Positions 47,911 to 59,631 of a stretch of 64,000 bases of DNA are shown here, in pieces. The notes under the pieces were generated by a model. That model made no database searches, was not told where the DNA came from, and saw only the letters and a program-made list of their open reading frames with translations. How positions within the stretch are numbered: the first letter of the stretch is position 1; each line of letters begins with the position of its first letter. The stretch is from Microgenomates group bacterium RBG_16_45_19 (GTDB lineage Bacteria; Patescibacteriota; Microgenomatia; UBA1400; RBG-16-45-19): the NCBI GenBank assembly GCA_001803415.1, contig MHDC01000040.1:21869-85868 (forward strand). The letters run 5' to 3'. The position numbers were made by a program, and so were the translations under genes.

Positions 47911-49881
47911 GTGAATATGCGCTACTTAAAATGCTTTATCAGCCTTACTATACTCGTTCTGGTTTTTCTTGGCAAAACCACCCCGGCTTCGGCCCAAACT
48001 TTAACCTCTTTTACCTTTGACAATTTTGCCTCCGGCAGCAACAAAACTGCCGGTTTACCCTTCAACCTCACCATCACCGCCCGAGATGAAAATGGTGACG
48101 TTTTAACCACCTTCACCGAGACCACCAACCTGACTGACACCACCGGCACTATCTATCCCACCCAAACTCAAAACTTTACCGCTGGCATTTGGTCAGGTCA
48201 AGCCGCCATCTCCGAAGCTCAGAGTAATGTGGTCATTACCGTTAGCTCCGGTTCAGTCGATGACAACTCCGCCAGCTTTATTGTTGATCCCGATAGCCGG
48301 ATCAAATTCTTGGCGGTTATTGCCGGCAACAACCAAACCGGTCAGGTTTATACCCAACTCTCCACCGCCTTTCAAGTCCGCTCCATCGACCCTTACGGCA
48401 ATCCCTTGACCAATTTAGGGGTGAACTTCGCCATTACCAGTGCGCCGCCTAACGCCACCGGTCAAAGTTTAACTAATTACTCGACTACCACCAATAGCTC
48501 CGGTAACGCCACCACCCTCCTAACCCTGGGTCGTAAAACCGGAACTTATATCGTCTCGGCCGCTCTCACCACCGGTGTGGCTACCAGTGTCCCCTTCTTT
48601 GCCACGGCCACTGCCGGTCCGTTAATCTCTCTAGGCTTAAGCCCCGCGGTTGCCGTCGTTCCGGCTGGAGGCTACTTTCCTTTCACCGTCATTGGCTATG
48701 ACAGCTTTAATAACCAAACCAGCGACCCCTCGGTCACTTGGTCGGTTCAAAACGGTGGCGGCACGATTGACAGTATCGGTGTCTTTTACGCTGGCTCTAC
48801 CCTTGGCACCTACATGAACACAGTCAAAGTTCAAACTACTACCATCGGCACCACCGCTACCGTCGCCATCGTTTCGGCTGCGGGTGAAAGCGGTACTGCC
48901 ACCTATAGCGGTGTGCCTCAACCGACACCCTTACCTACTTTAACCCCGGTCCCCACCCCAACTATGGGCCCCGGGGTGCTCTACGACGTTCAAGTCGATC
49001 CCTCAGTCATCTCCGCTCTCACTAACGCCCGCATTCCCATTATCGCCGAAGGTGTCGATATTTTTGGCAATCAGGTTACCGGTGTTAGTTACACCTTCCA
49101 GACCACCGGTGACTTAGGTACCATTGTCCAAACTGGTCCCACCACCGCCATTCTCCAAACTGGCCCCTCCGGCCTAGGTACCGTTACCGTCACCGCTCAA
49201 CAAGGAGCCATCATTCGGACTGCCAATATTGCCGGCAGTATTGGTAACGGCTTGAATCGCCGTCTGGTCATCGAGGACATTCCCAGTCCCCAAAAAGTCG
49301 GCGTTCCCTTTACCATTTCCATTGCCGCCAAAGATACTCAAAACAACTTTGTCACCGATTATGACGGTCCGATTGTTTTGGCCGATACCACCGCCACCAT
49401 CAACCCTTCGGTGGTCCAACCTAATCAAAACGGTATCTGGTATATTCAAGCAGTTATTAACCTCGCCAATCCGGAAGTCACCATCACCGCCGCCGGTGAT
49501 GGCATGGTTGGTGTTTCCAATATCTTTGCGGTCGAGGGTGAGCCGGCTCAAATTCCCGGTTTGGCGGCTTTAGGTTATGGTGGGGGTGGCCTGGGGACTG
49601 TCCTTGGGGCTTCCATCTCAGCCCTCCTCGAAAAAATGCTTTTGACCGAGGACATCAATCGCTATGGGCTCTTTCGTTACCTTGGTGCCGGCTTTGCCGC
49701 TGGTTTGGGCATTTTAGGCGCTTCTATCGGTGGTGGTTTGATGGTTGCCCGGGGTTTAGAAGCCATCGGCCGCAACCCCTACGCTAAATCACGCCTCCAG
49801 CTCAATCTCTATGCCAGCGTCGCCGCTTTCGTCTTCGCCGCCACTTTGGCGGTTGTCGCCTGCTACCTCATCTTAGGTTAA
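47911..49881 (+). CDS. Secreted Ig-like-domain array fused to a C-terminal ATP synthase c-subunit-like hairpin
   Basis: 656 aa. Signal peptide with AxA site (FLGKTTPASA|QT). About five Ig-like modules, including a Big_1-like block NQTGQVYTQLSTAFQVRSIDPYGNPL...SSGNATTLLTLGRKTGTYIV and Big_2-like blocks, with a Pro/Thr linker (PQPTPLPTLTPVPTPT). Tail [67 protein letters not shown] aligns with this genome's AtpE ([46 protein letters not shown]...). Start GTG 47911 or ATG 47917. Confidence 0.8.
   Translation: MNMRYLKCFISLTILVLVFLGKTTPASAQTLTSFTFDNFASGSNKTAGLPFNLTITARDENGDVLTTFTETTNLTDTTGTIYPTQTQNFTAGIWSGQAAISEAQSNVVITVSSGSVDDNSASFIVDPDSRIKFLAVIAGNNQTGQVYTQLSTAFQVRSIDPYGNPLTNLGVNFAITSAPPNATGQSLTNYSTTTNSSGNATTLLTLGRKTGTYIVSAALTTGVATSVPFFATATAGPLISLGLSPAVAVVPAGGYFPFTVIGYDSFNNQTSDPSVTWSVQNGGGTIDSIGVFYAGSTLGTYMNTVKVQTTTIGTTATVAIVSAAGESGTATYSGVPQPTPLPTLTPVPTPTMGPGVLYDVQVDPSVISALTNARIPIIAEGVDIFGNQVTGVSYTFQTTGDLGTIVQTGPTTAILQTGPSGLGTVTVTAQQGAIIRTANIAGSIGNGLNRRLVIEDIPSPQKVGVPFTISIAAKDTQNNFVTDYDGPIVLADTTATINPSVVQPNQNGIWYIQAVINLANPEVTITAAGDGMVGVSNIFAVEGEPAQIPGLAALGYGGGGLGTVLGASISALLEKMLLTEDINRYGLFRYLGAGFAAGLGILGASIGGGLMVARGLEAIGRNPYAKSRLQLNLYASVAAFVFAATLAVVACYLILG
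49678..49878 (+). other. c-subunit-like helical hairpin domain lacking the ion-binding carboxylate
   Basis: Identical loop EAIGRNP. Counting 18 residues after the loop Pro gives Glu in AtpE but Val (GTC 49831-49833) here. Helix 2 has no Asp or Glu at all. Confidence 0.75.
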
Positions 49882-49951
49882 TCCGTTTGCCTTGCGTTCA
49901 CCGCTTTAGCTTGCTACAGTAGAGACAGATTATCAGTCACTCTATCTGCCC

Positions 49952-50470
49952 ATGGATTCTTGGATTGTTTATACTGGCCTAACCGTCGTTTACATCATTA
50001 TTTTGATCATCTATTTCTTCCGTCGCTCCCGTTCTCATGAACGTGAACTCCACCAATTTCTCCAGGTGGCCGAAGATCAACTCAAACACCGCCAAGCCGA
50101 AATCAATCAGGATGCCAAACAAAAAATTTCCAAAGCTTATTCCCTAGTCAAACAGGTCCATGATATCGCCGCCGCTTTTGAAAAACAGGCTCAAACCGAA
50201 TATGACCAAATCGTTGAGGATGCCAAAGTCGAAAGGCAAGAACTAATCGCCAAAACTAAAACTGACATTGCTGATCTGTTTAAACAGGCAGACCGGGAAA
50301 TTGCCGAATATAAAGCCGCCCGTTTTAAAGAAGTCGAACGCAACCTGGTTAAGCTGGTGATGGCGGTGACTCAAAAGGCTTTAGGTAAAAGCCTGTCCAC
50401 CTCTGACCACCGCCAACTGATCCTCAGCGCCCTGGATGAAGTCATTCAGAAACAAAGTCAAAGTCAATAA
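49952..50470 (+). CDS. ATP synthase b-subunit-like stator protein (second set)
   Basis: 172 aa. One N-terminal TM helix (IVYTGLTVVYIIILIIYFF), then a long charged helix with b-like periodicity (AEINQDAKQKISKAY...EYDQIVEDAKVERQELIAKTK). Confidence 0.7.
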   Translation: MDSWIVYTGLTVVYIIILIIYFFRRSRSHERELHQFLQVAEDQLKHRQAEINQDAKQKISKAYSLVKQVHDIAAAFEKQAQTEYDQIVEDAKVERQELIAKTKTDIADLFKQADREIAEYKAARFKEVERNLVKLVMAVTQKALGKSLSTSDHRQLILSALDEVIQKQSQSQ

Positions 50471-50473
50471 TTT

Positions 50474-51064
50474 ATGCCCGTTTCGCCGTCCAAACTGGCC
50501 CACCAATTTTTTGCCAGTCTTTACACCACTGCCGACGTCAAAGCCGTTTCCGATCAGCTCGAAGCCTTAAGTCAAAACCAGACTTTTAAGGTACACGCTC
50601 ATCGCATCGTTACCGATAGTCAATTAACCGATAATCAAAAAGGGACTCAGCTGCTCTACCTGCTCCGCCAAATCGATCAGCCGTTGCTTTACGATTTTTT
50701 TTCTGACCTCATCAGTGCTCACCATATATGGCTGTTTCATCATGATAAAATCGACTATTTTGACAAATTCGTTCAGGCTTTTCAGCAAGTCATTGATACC
50801 TGCCCGGTTTTCTACTTAACCACCGCCACCCCGCTGCACCCTAGCGATTATCCCGCCCTGATCCAAAAAATCAAAACCGGTCTTGGTCTGCGCGTCCTCC
50901 TCCAGACCAATGTTAATCCTGCCCTAATTGGCGGGGTCCAAGTTAAATTGGAAAATTATCTTTATGATGTCTCGATTCGTTCAAAACTGAATCAATTCCA
51001 AGCTCAATGGTTAAAGACTCTCGATGAATCCGACAGTTTGGTGGGGCACCACGATCCCGGTTAA
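50474..51064 (+). CDS. ATP synthase delta/OSCP-like protein, full length (second set)
   Basis: 196 aa. N-terminal helical domain (LAHQFFASLYTTAD...) and OSCP C-terminal signature (FYLTTATPLHPSDYPALIQKI...VNPALIGGVQVKLENYLYDVSIRSKLNQF). Confidence 0.7.
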   Translation: MPVSPSKLAHQFFASLYTTADVKAVSDQLEALSQNQTFKVHAHRIVTDSQLTDNQKGTQLLYLLRQIDQPLLYDFFSDLISAHHIWLFHHDKIDYFDKFVQAFQQVIDTCPVFYLTTATPLHPSDYPALIQKIKTGLGLRVLLQTNVNPALIGGVQVKLENYLYDVSIRSKLNQFQAQWLKTLDESDSLVGHHDPG

Positions 51065-51066
51065 CT

Positions 51067-52678
51067 ATGACCACGAACAGCCAAACCATCGAAGACGCTT
51101 TGTCCGGTCTGACCACGCCTCCGTCTGACTCCGATGCCACGACCACCCCGGCCGAAACCATTTCTTTTCCGGAAATTCTCGATTATGCCTTCCCTGAGGA
51201 ACCACCAGTCTCCCGTCTTACCCAAGTCGGTGAAGTCACTTACATCGGTGACGGTGTTTGTCAGGTTACCGGTCTTGATCAAGCCAAAATCGATGAAGTC
51301 ATTACCATCAAAACTGGCCGCGGTCAGATCCAAGCGATTATTTTCGGCATCACTCCGGACCGAGTCGAATCGGTTGTCTTAGGTGACTATACTAAAATCA
51401 AGCGAGGGGACGTCGCCCAGTCCTCCGGCAGTCGCTTAAAACTGCCGGTGGGTAAACCGCTCTTAGGTCGAGTTGTCAATCCCTTAGGTCAAGCTATGGA
51501 CAATCAGGGTCGGATTAAAGCCCTTGATTACCACCAATTAGAATTCACCTCCCCCGGAGTGGTTGACCGGGATCCGGTCACCATTCCCCTCCATACCGGG
51601 ATTATGGCCATCGACGCTACTATTCCTATCGGCCGCGGTCAGCGTGAATTGGTTATTGGTGATCGTAAAACCGGTAAAAGCCGAACCATGTTGGACATCA
51701 TCTCCAATCAAAAAAACAATGGTGTCTTTTGTATCTACGTTGGCATCGGTATTCAAGCCGCCAAAGCCAAAGCCACTTACGAACTGTTAAAAGCTCGTGA
51801 GGCCTTATCTTATACCACCATGGTCTTAGCCTTTTCTGATGATCCCCCCTCCCTTCAATATCTAGCCCCTTATGCTGGAGCTGCCTTGGGTGAATACTAT
51901 ATGTACTCTGGCCAACACGCCCTGGTTATCTACGATGACTTGACTAAACAAGCCAAAGCCTATCGCCAAGTCTCTCTCTTGTTAAAACGGTCCCCGGGTC
52001 GGGATGCTTACCCTGGGGATATTTTCTTCCTCCACTCACGCCTCTTGGAAAGAGCCGCCCAACTCAACCACCGTCTTGGTGGTGGTTCCTTAACCTCCTT
52101 ACCCATTGCCGAAACCCAGTCCGGTGATATTTCCGACTACATTATTACCAATCTGATGTCGATTACCGATGGTCACATCTTCCTCGACGCAGCCTTGATG
52201 CATGAAGGCATCATGCCGGCCATTAACTCCGGTGCTTCCGTTTCCCGTATCGGCGGCAAAGTCCAAACCAAGCTCTTGCAAAAGGTCGGTGAATTGGCCT
52301 CTCGGATTCTGGCTCGCTATGAAGAGGTCAAATCCTACGAAACCATCAATACCGAAATTTCAGCCGACACTGTCGCCGAAATCAATCGAGGGAAAAGGCT
52401 TAAGGAAATCTTCGCCCAAGATAGCGATACCCGTTTCACCTTAGCTGAAACAGTCGTTTTTCTGGCCTTGGCTACCTCACCCCAAATGGATCACTTGACT
52501 CTCGACCAGGTTAGGTTCTTCAAGAGTCATTTCCCTCAATTCCTCCGTCAGCAACTGACCACTGATGCCATCCACGCCTTACGCACCGAAACCACTTTAG
52601 CTGCCGTCGCCCCGATTCTTGATAGCCTGATCCAACGCTTTTGCCATGTCAATCAATTACCCCCACCAACCACTCCTT

Positions 52679-52692
<14 letters not shown>
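51067..52692 (+). CDS. F1-type ATPase alpha subunit paralog (second set)
   Basis: 541 aa. Walker [59 protein letters not shown]. About 30 aa of extra Thr/Pro/Asp-rich N-terminus relative to AtpA. Confidence 0.9.
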
Positions 52693-54980
<2,288 letters not shown>

Positions 54981-54982
54981 CT

Positions 54983-55252
54983 ATGCCAGACGAAGTCTTT
55001 AATTTGGTTATAGTTACCCCCGAAACCACTGTCTACGAAGGCCAAGTGGCCAAACTGATTGCCCCCGGCATCTATCAAGACATTGCCATTCTCCCTAACC
55101 ATACTCCGCTTTACGCTCAACTCATCAAAGGCCAGATCCGTTTGACTGATTCGACCGGTCAGGTGGAAACGTTTACCATTGACGGCGGCATCATCAGAGT
55201 CAAACACAATCACGTTTCCGTTATTGTCGGTTTCCACGGTCACTCACCTTAA
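54983..55252 (+). CDS. F1-type ATPase epsilon subunit paralog, beta-sandwich only (second set)
   Basis: 89 aa. LVIVTPETTVYEGQVAKLIAPGIYQDIAILPNHTPL aligns with the AtpC N-domain. The protein ends right after the sandwich, with no C-terminal helical hairpin. Confidence 0.8.
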   Translation: MPDEVFNLVIVTPETTVYEGQVAKLIAPGIYQDIAILPNHTPLYAQLIKGQIRLTDSTGQVETFTIDGGIIRVKHNHVSVIVGFHGHSP

Positions 55253-57276
55253 AAATCAACATAGATCTGGTTCAATCCCCACGGCAGCTCCGCCACTCCT
55301 TGAAGCCTCGATACCGCTTCACCAGCCGTTACCTTACTTGGGTCCAAAGCTAAGCTCAGCCGATATTCCCGTTTGGCTAAAGCTGGCCAACCGGCTGTCT
55401 CTAAAACCTGACCTAAGTTAAATCGGAAGTTAGCCATTCTGGGCTCTAACATCACCGCCCACCAGGCATTTCGCAACCGGCAGGCCGTTGCTTGGTCACC
55501 GGTACACCGCTCCATCGCCTTTATCAGACTTAGACCACCTTGACAAATGCCTGACCCATCTTCACTGGTCGTCTGTTGTTCATACCAGGCTTGACGCCAA
55601 CGCTGGACTAAATTCTCGCCTGGAAATAAAGCCTCGGTTACCTCAGGCATAGAGCTAACTTCTAGAAGACAGTCTAACCGTTGCCAAATATTTCCACTTT
55701 GAGGCAGAAACACACCTTGCCCCAAGCCTAGGAAATCACGATAATAAGGCGTTAACTCGGCCACATAGCTTGGCCTTCCATTCTCTCTAGCCCAGCTGAT
55801 CGCCTCCCCAATCCGAAACGGATTATCCGGGTACCCAATTACGCCAACCTCAGTCCCGGAGACTAAATAAGGACTAGCCGTCACCACCCTTAGATCCTGA
55901 CGTTCCTCTAAAACTTCATTGACATACCATAAACTGAAACAGGTCGCATCCCCTAAACAAATCACCACGGACTCCGGTGGTAGCTGGTCAATAGCCGTCT
56001 TCATCACCGGCCACCACTGGCTCTGGGTAACTTGTCTAATCTGCTCTAAATTACCCGGAAAAATCGCCAGCCACCACATAACGGACAATCCCAATAAAAC
56101 TATCCCCCAGCTTGATCGCTGGCGATTGGCGAGGCTAATAGTATAGGCCGCCCAAAAACCCAGCCACATTAAACCTGGGACATACATCCTGAGGTTAATT
56201 AACCGATCGCCTAAATTAGTTAACTCACTCCCGTCGGTTAGACTCACTGCCAAATAACCACCCACCCCCAAGGTCAATGTCAAAGTCAAAACCAGTAAGC
56301 CCATAAACCAAGTTTTTGGCCAGGTTTTGGCCCCTAAAACCAAGCCCACCAAGGCTAAACCGATGGCTCCCCAGCTCAAATTTTCGACCACCTCGCTAAA
56401 AAAATATCGATAGGCTAAACTCCAAAACTCTTTAAACTTAACCGCCGTCACATAGGTGGTTTGATTGAGGCCGGTCTCGACTCTCAAACCGCCGTAGATA
56501 TCCCGGAAAAAATAAGCCCCCAAGCCTTTGATCCCCGGTGCCCTTAACCAGTGCCAATCCATCGGCGCGGCGGTTAACCAATCCAGCCACCACCATTGAG
56601 CCAAAATCACTAGCAACCAGAGGCCTAAGGCTCGAACCGGAGTCGAGATTTGTCCCTGGCGCCACCATTGTTTGACCAACGGCCCCATCAAAATGACTAA
56701 CCCCGGCACCCACCACCAGCTTAACTGATGATGCATCACCATTAAACCTAAAGTTAAGGCTAAACCATACCAATTCCCGGCCTCTTTCGGTTTGAGGTAC
56801 AACTGACCGATAAACACTAAACTTCCTAAAGCCAATAATAAAGACCAACCCACCACTTCCATGACCACCCCCTGTAACCAAATGGGCACCATACTAAAAA
56901 CCATGATCGTTCCCCAAGCCACCGCCAAGTGATTCATTATTGGTAAACCGGCTTTACCCCCTCGGCTTAATTTAAGACTTTGGTTAAACACCATCCAAAA
57001 ACCGCAACCAGCCAAGGCCATCATTAAGGCTGCTAAGAGATTGACTTGATGCACCGGAGCTAGGGGTAGGGGCAAATGGCTGGTTAAAAAAATTAATCCC
57101 ACCAAGACTGGATAACCCGGTGGATGAGCCGCTTTTAAACCGTAGCCGGCCGCCATCAATTCATCGGCATCAGTTAAACCAGTTGGCGTTGTCGCCGCCG
57201 TCAGAGCATACCAACCAAAGAGCCAAACGAACACTAATCCACCCCAAAAAACCTGATGCCGGTAAAAGCGCTTCAT
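55249..57276 (-). CDS. DUF2723/TMEM260-like GT-C-fold membrane glycosyltransferase-like protein with C-terminal TPR region (paralog B)
   Basis: 675 aa, polytopic. LTDADELMAAGYGLKAAHPPGYPVLVGLIFL, the same signature as paralog A. TPR-like tail (RFNLGQVLETAGWPALAKREYRLSLALDP). Its stop overlaps the epsilon-like stop in TTAA (55249-55252). Confidence 0.7.
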   Translation of the reverse strand: MKRFYRHQVFWGGLVFVWLFGWYALTAATTPTGLTDADELMAAGYGLKAAHPPGYPVLVGLIFLTSHLPLPLAPVHQVNLLAALMMALAGCGFWMVFNQSLKLSRGGKAGLPIMNHLAVAWGTIMVFSMVPIWLQGVVMEVVGWSLLLALGSLVFIGQLYLKPKEAGNWYGLALTLGLMVMHHQLSWWWVPGLVILMGPLVKQWWRQGQISTPVRALGLWLLVILAQWWWLDWLTAAPMDWHWLRAPGIKGLGAYFFRDIYGGLRVETGLNQTTYVTAVKFKEFWSLAYRYFFSEVVENLSWGAIGLALVGLVLGAKTWPKTWFMGLLVLTLTLTLGVGGYLAVSLTDGSELTNLGDRLINLRMYVPGLMWLGFWAAYTISLANRQRSSWGIVLLGLSVMWWLAIFPGNLEQIRQVTQSQWWPVMKTAIDQLPPESVVICLGDATCFSLWYVNEVLEERQDLRVVTASPYLVSGTEVGVIGYPDNPFRIGEAISWARENGRPSYVAELTPYYRDFLGLGQGVFLPQSGNIWQRLDCLLEVSSMPEVTEALFPGENLVQRWRQAWYEQQTTSEDGSGICQGGLSLIKAMERCTGDQATACRLRNAWWAVMLEPRMANFRFNLGQVLETAGWPALAKREYRLSLALDPSKVTAGEAVSRLQGVAELPWGLNQIYVDF

Positions 57277-57278
57277 GC

Positions 57279-59477
57279 CTACTCCTGGGCAGGCTGGTGG
57301 TAATAATGCTCCAGACTTAAGGCGATTATTTTGGCTTTATTACGATTGACTACGGCCGGCAACGGTAAACTTAAACCGGTAAACGGTTCACTGGTTAAAC
57401 CGTCAATGGCTAACTTGAGCAGCAATTCATACTTGCCTAAAGCCACCATTTCCGCGGCCGTCACCTTACCCCCAAATTCCTTCTCTAGTAAGGCGGCATC
57501 CCGGGCACCGACGACAAAAGCCATGGTTGAACCGACATTGCCGAAAATGGCTTTTTGGATCTCTTCATCCACCTGACCGATATATTGGTTGGCCAACACC
57601 AAATTGAGACGGTATTTTCGAGCTTCCGATAAAATCTTAATAAATGAATGAGTCGCAAAATTTTGAAACTCGTCCACATAGAGGTAGAAATCCTGCCGCT
57701 GCTCTTCGGGTAAGTGTACTCGCCTCATCGCTGTCAACTGGATCTTGGTAATAAACATCGCCCCCAGCAATGCAGTGGTATCCTCGCCCAGTTTTCCTTG
57801 AGCCAAGTTTAACAGCAGGATCTTTTTCTGATTCATGACCGTTTCCAAGGAAAAGGTTGACTTCCGACTACCCACGATTTGTCTAATCCGTCTGGAAGAA
57901 ATAAACTGGCCCACTTTATTTAAAATGGGGGAAATGGCTTCAACTCTCAGCCTATCATTCATCCGGGCAAACTCATCTTCCCAAAAGGCTGCGATCACCG
58001 GATCCTTCCCCTTTATTTTCGCTACCACTCTTTGGCGGAAGGCCTCGTTGGTCAACAGTTTCACGATATCCGCAAACGTGGCTTCCTCATAATATAGCAA
58101 GGTCAATATGGCGTTGCGTAATATATATTCCAGTCTCGGTCCCCAAGAATGGGCATATAATTTATAAAACACCGAAATGATGCCTGAAGCCACCACGTCG
58201 GTATGATCTTGGCCTTCGGCATCAAACAGATTCAAGGCAAAAGCTTTTTCCTCACTTAAAGTCGGATCCAGATAAACCACGTCATTTAACCGACGTTTGG
58301 GAATATATTCCAAGATCATCTGGGATAAATCCCCGTGGGGATCAATCACCGCCACCCCCTCACCGTGTCTGATATCATTGATAGCCATGTTAGCGATCAG
58401 AGTCGATTTCCCTGCGCCAGTTTTGCCGATCAGGTACAAATGTTTCCGCCGGTCATCTCTTTTGATCCCAAAATTTACTCGTTGGTTATGCCATTCGGTC
58501 TGTCCAAAAAAATTAATCTCGGCTTTTACCATTACTTCCATTCCCGGCAGATTCACCGGTAAATTATCCGGGGCTTCAGTCAACATGGTCCGGCCCCAAT
58601 CAATGGCCTTGATCCCGGCCAACTTTTCATCGGGTAAATGCCATAAAGACGCCGTCTCATGCAAATTTAGGATCAAACCTTTTTGAGTCCGGCTCAACCG
58701 TCTTTGGCCGACAGCTCGCCACCAGCGTCGCTTATACCAAGTACTCACTCTTGACCAAGTCAAACTGTTACCTTCTGCCAAAGAGTAAACACCATATAAC
58801 CCCGCTATCTCAGCCAAGTTGGCTTGCGCTTGCTCTCCCGTAGCGGCGGTGCTTAATAACCTGAGCTGTCCAGCCAATAGTGGTGCCGCTAATTTCTCCT
58901 GATACAAACGACTGTAAGGACTAGCTGTTTCAGTCCCACGGTCATTAAGTTGGCGCATCGCCCCGCGAATCACCCGTTCTAATTTACCTTGGGGTGGCAC
59001 TTTAACTACCAGCTGAATGCCGACACTCTCCCCAGCTTTTAATTTAGCCAAATAACCTAAAATCGTGGCTAACGGTGGCAATTCCTTGGTTTCCCGGTAG
59101 GTTTTTAAGGGTAGGGGATAGACTTGCTGCAAATTTAAATAGCCGCCGACGCTGACTCCCGATCGGTACAATCGGTCTAAGGGGTCAGTCTCGACCTGAC
59201 TGATCAAGGTTCTGGGGTAATAACTGGTGATTTGGGTCCCTAAATATTTCACCACCGCTTGAGGAGCCGTCAGATAAAACTGACTTTTTTGGTCTATCGA
59301 AAAGATTTCCAGCGCTAGTTCCGGAGCCTTTTGACCCCAAAGTCGCTGCCACCGGCTGCGTCGCCCTAAAGCCAGAAAAGCGCCTAAAACTCCCGTCATT
59401 ACTTCAGGTGAAATGATTCGGGTCTTGTCCGGTTGGCACCTGATACTCACCAGAGTCATATATTTTTCAGTATACAC
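57279..59477 (-). CDS. TraD/VirD4/FtsK-HerA-superfamily P-loop ATPase (type IV coupling-protein-like), orphan
   Basis: About 726-732 aa. Walker A LIGKTGAGKST, Walker B FYLYVDEFQNFAT, and RKYRLNLVLANQY typical of TraD/VirD4-like ATPases. 2-nt gap to the downstream DUF2723 gene. Start GTG 59477, or ATG 59459 lying 9 nt after TATACT on the minus strand. Confidence 0.7.
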   Translation of the reverse strand: MYTEKYMTLVSIRCQPDKTRIISPEVMTGVLGAFLALGRRSRWQRLWGQKAPELALEIFSIDQKSQFYLTAPQAVVKYLGTQITSYYPRTLISQVETDPLDRLYRSGVSVGGYLNLQQVYPLPLKTYRETKELPPLATILGYLAKLKAGESVGIQLVVKVPPQGKLERVIRGAMRQLNDRGTETASPYSRLYQEKLAAPLLAGQLRLLSTAATGEQAQANLAEIAGLYGVYSLAEGNSLTWSRVSTWYKRRWWRAVGQRRLSRTQKGLILNLHETASLWHLPDEKLAGIKAIDWGRTMLTEAPDNLPVNLPGMEVMVKAEINFFGQTEWHNQRVNFGIKRDDRRKHLYLIGKTGAGKSTLIANMAINDIRHGEGVAVIDPHGDLSQMILEYIPKRRLNDVVYLDPTLSEEKAFALNLFDAEGQDHTDVVASGIISVFYKLYAHSWGPRLEYILRNAILTLLYYEEATFADIVKLLTNEAFRQRVVAKIKGKDPVIAAFWEDEFARMNDRLRVEAISPILNKVGQFISSRRIRQIVGSRKSTFSLETVMNQKKILLLNLAQGKLGEDTTALLGAMFITKIQLTAMRRVHLPEEQRQDFYLYVDEFQNFATHSFIKILSEARKYRLNLVLANQYIGQVDEEIQKAIFGNVGSTMAFVVGARDAALLEKEFGGKVTAAEMVALGKYELLLKLAIDGLTSEPFTGLSLPLPAVVNRNKAKIIALSLEHYYHQPAQE

Positions 59478-59548
59478 CTCAGCGATTGATCAATAAAAAT
59501 TGTATTCAAAAACTTAAAAAGTTGGCAATACCTCTGGAGAATGCCCTC

Positions 59549-59578
59549 TTGACAGCCGGAGCTTAACCTGCCTAAGAT
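59549..59578 (+). promoter_or_regulatory. Strong promoter of surface-protein gene 1
   Basis: TTGACA (59549-59554), 18 nt, TAAGAT (59573-59578). Followed by the best Shine-Dalgarno sequence in the window, AAGGAGGAGGTG (59616-59627), 4 nt before the ATG at 59632. Confidence 0.55.
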
Positions 59579-59631
59579 AGACTAAGTTAAGAAAATGTTA
59601 AGAAATCACCTTACAAAGGAGGAGGTGAAAT

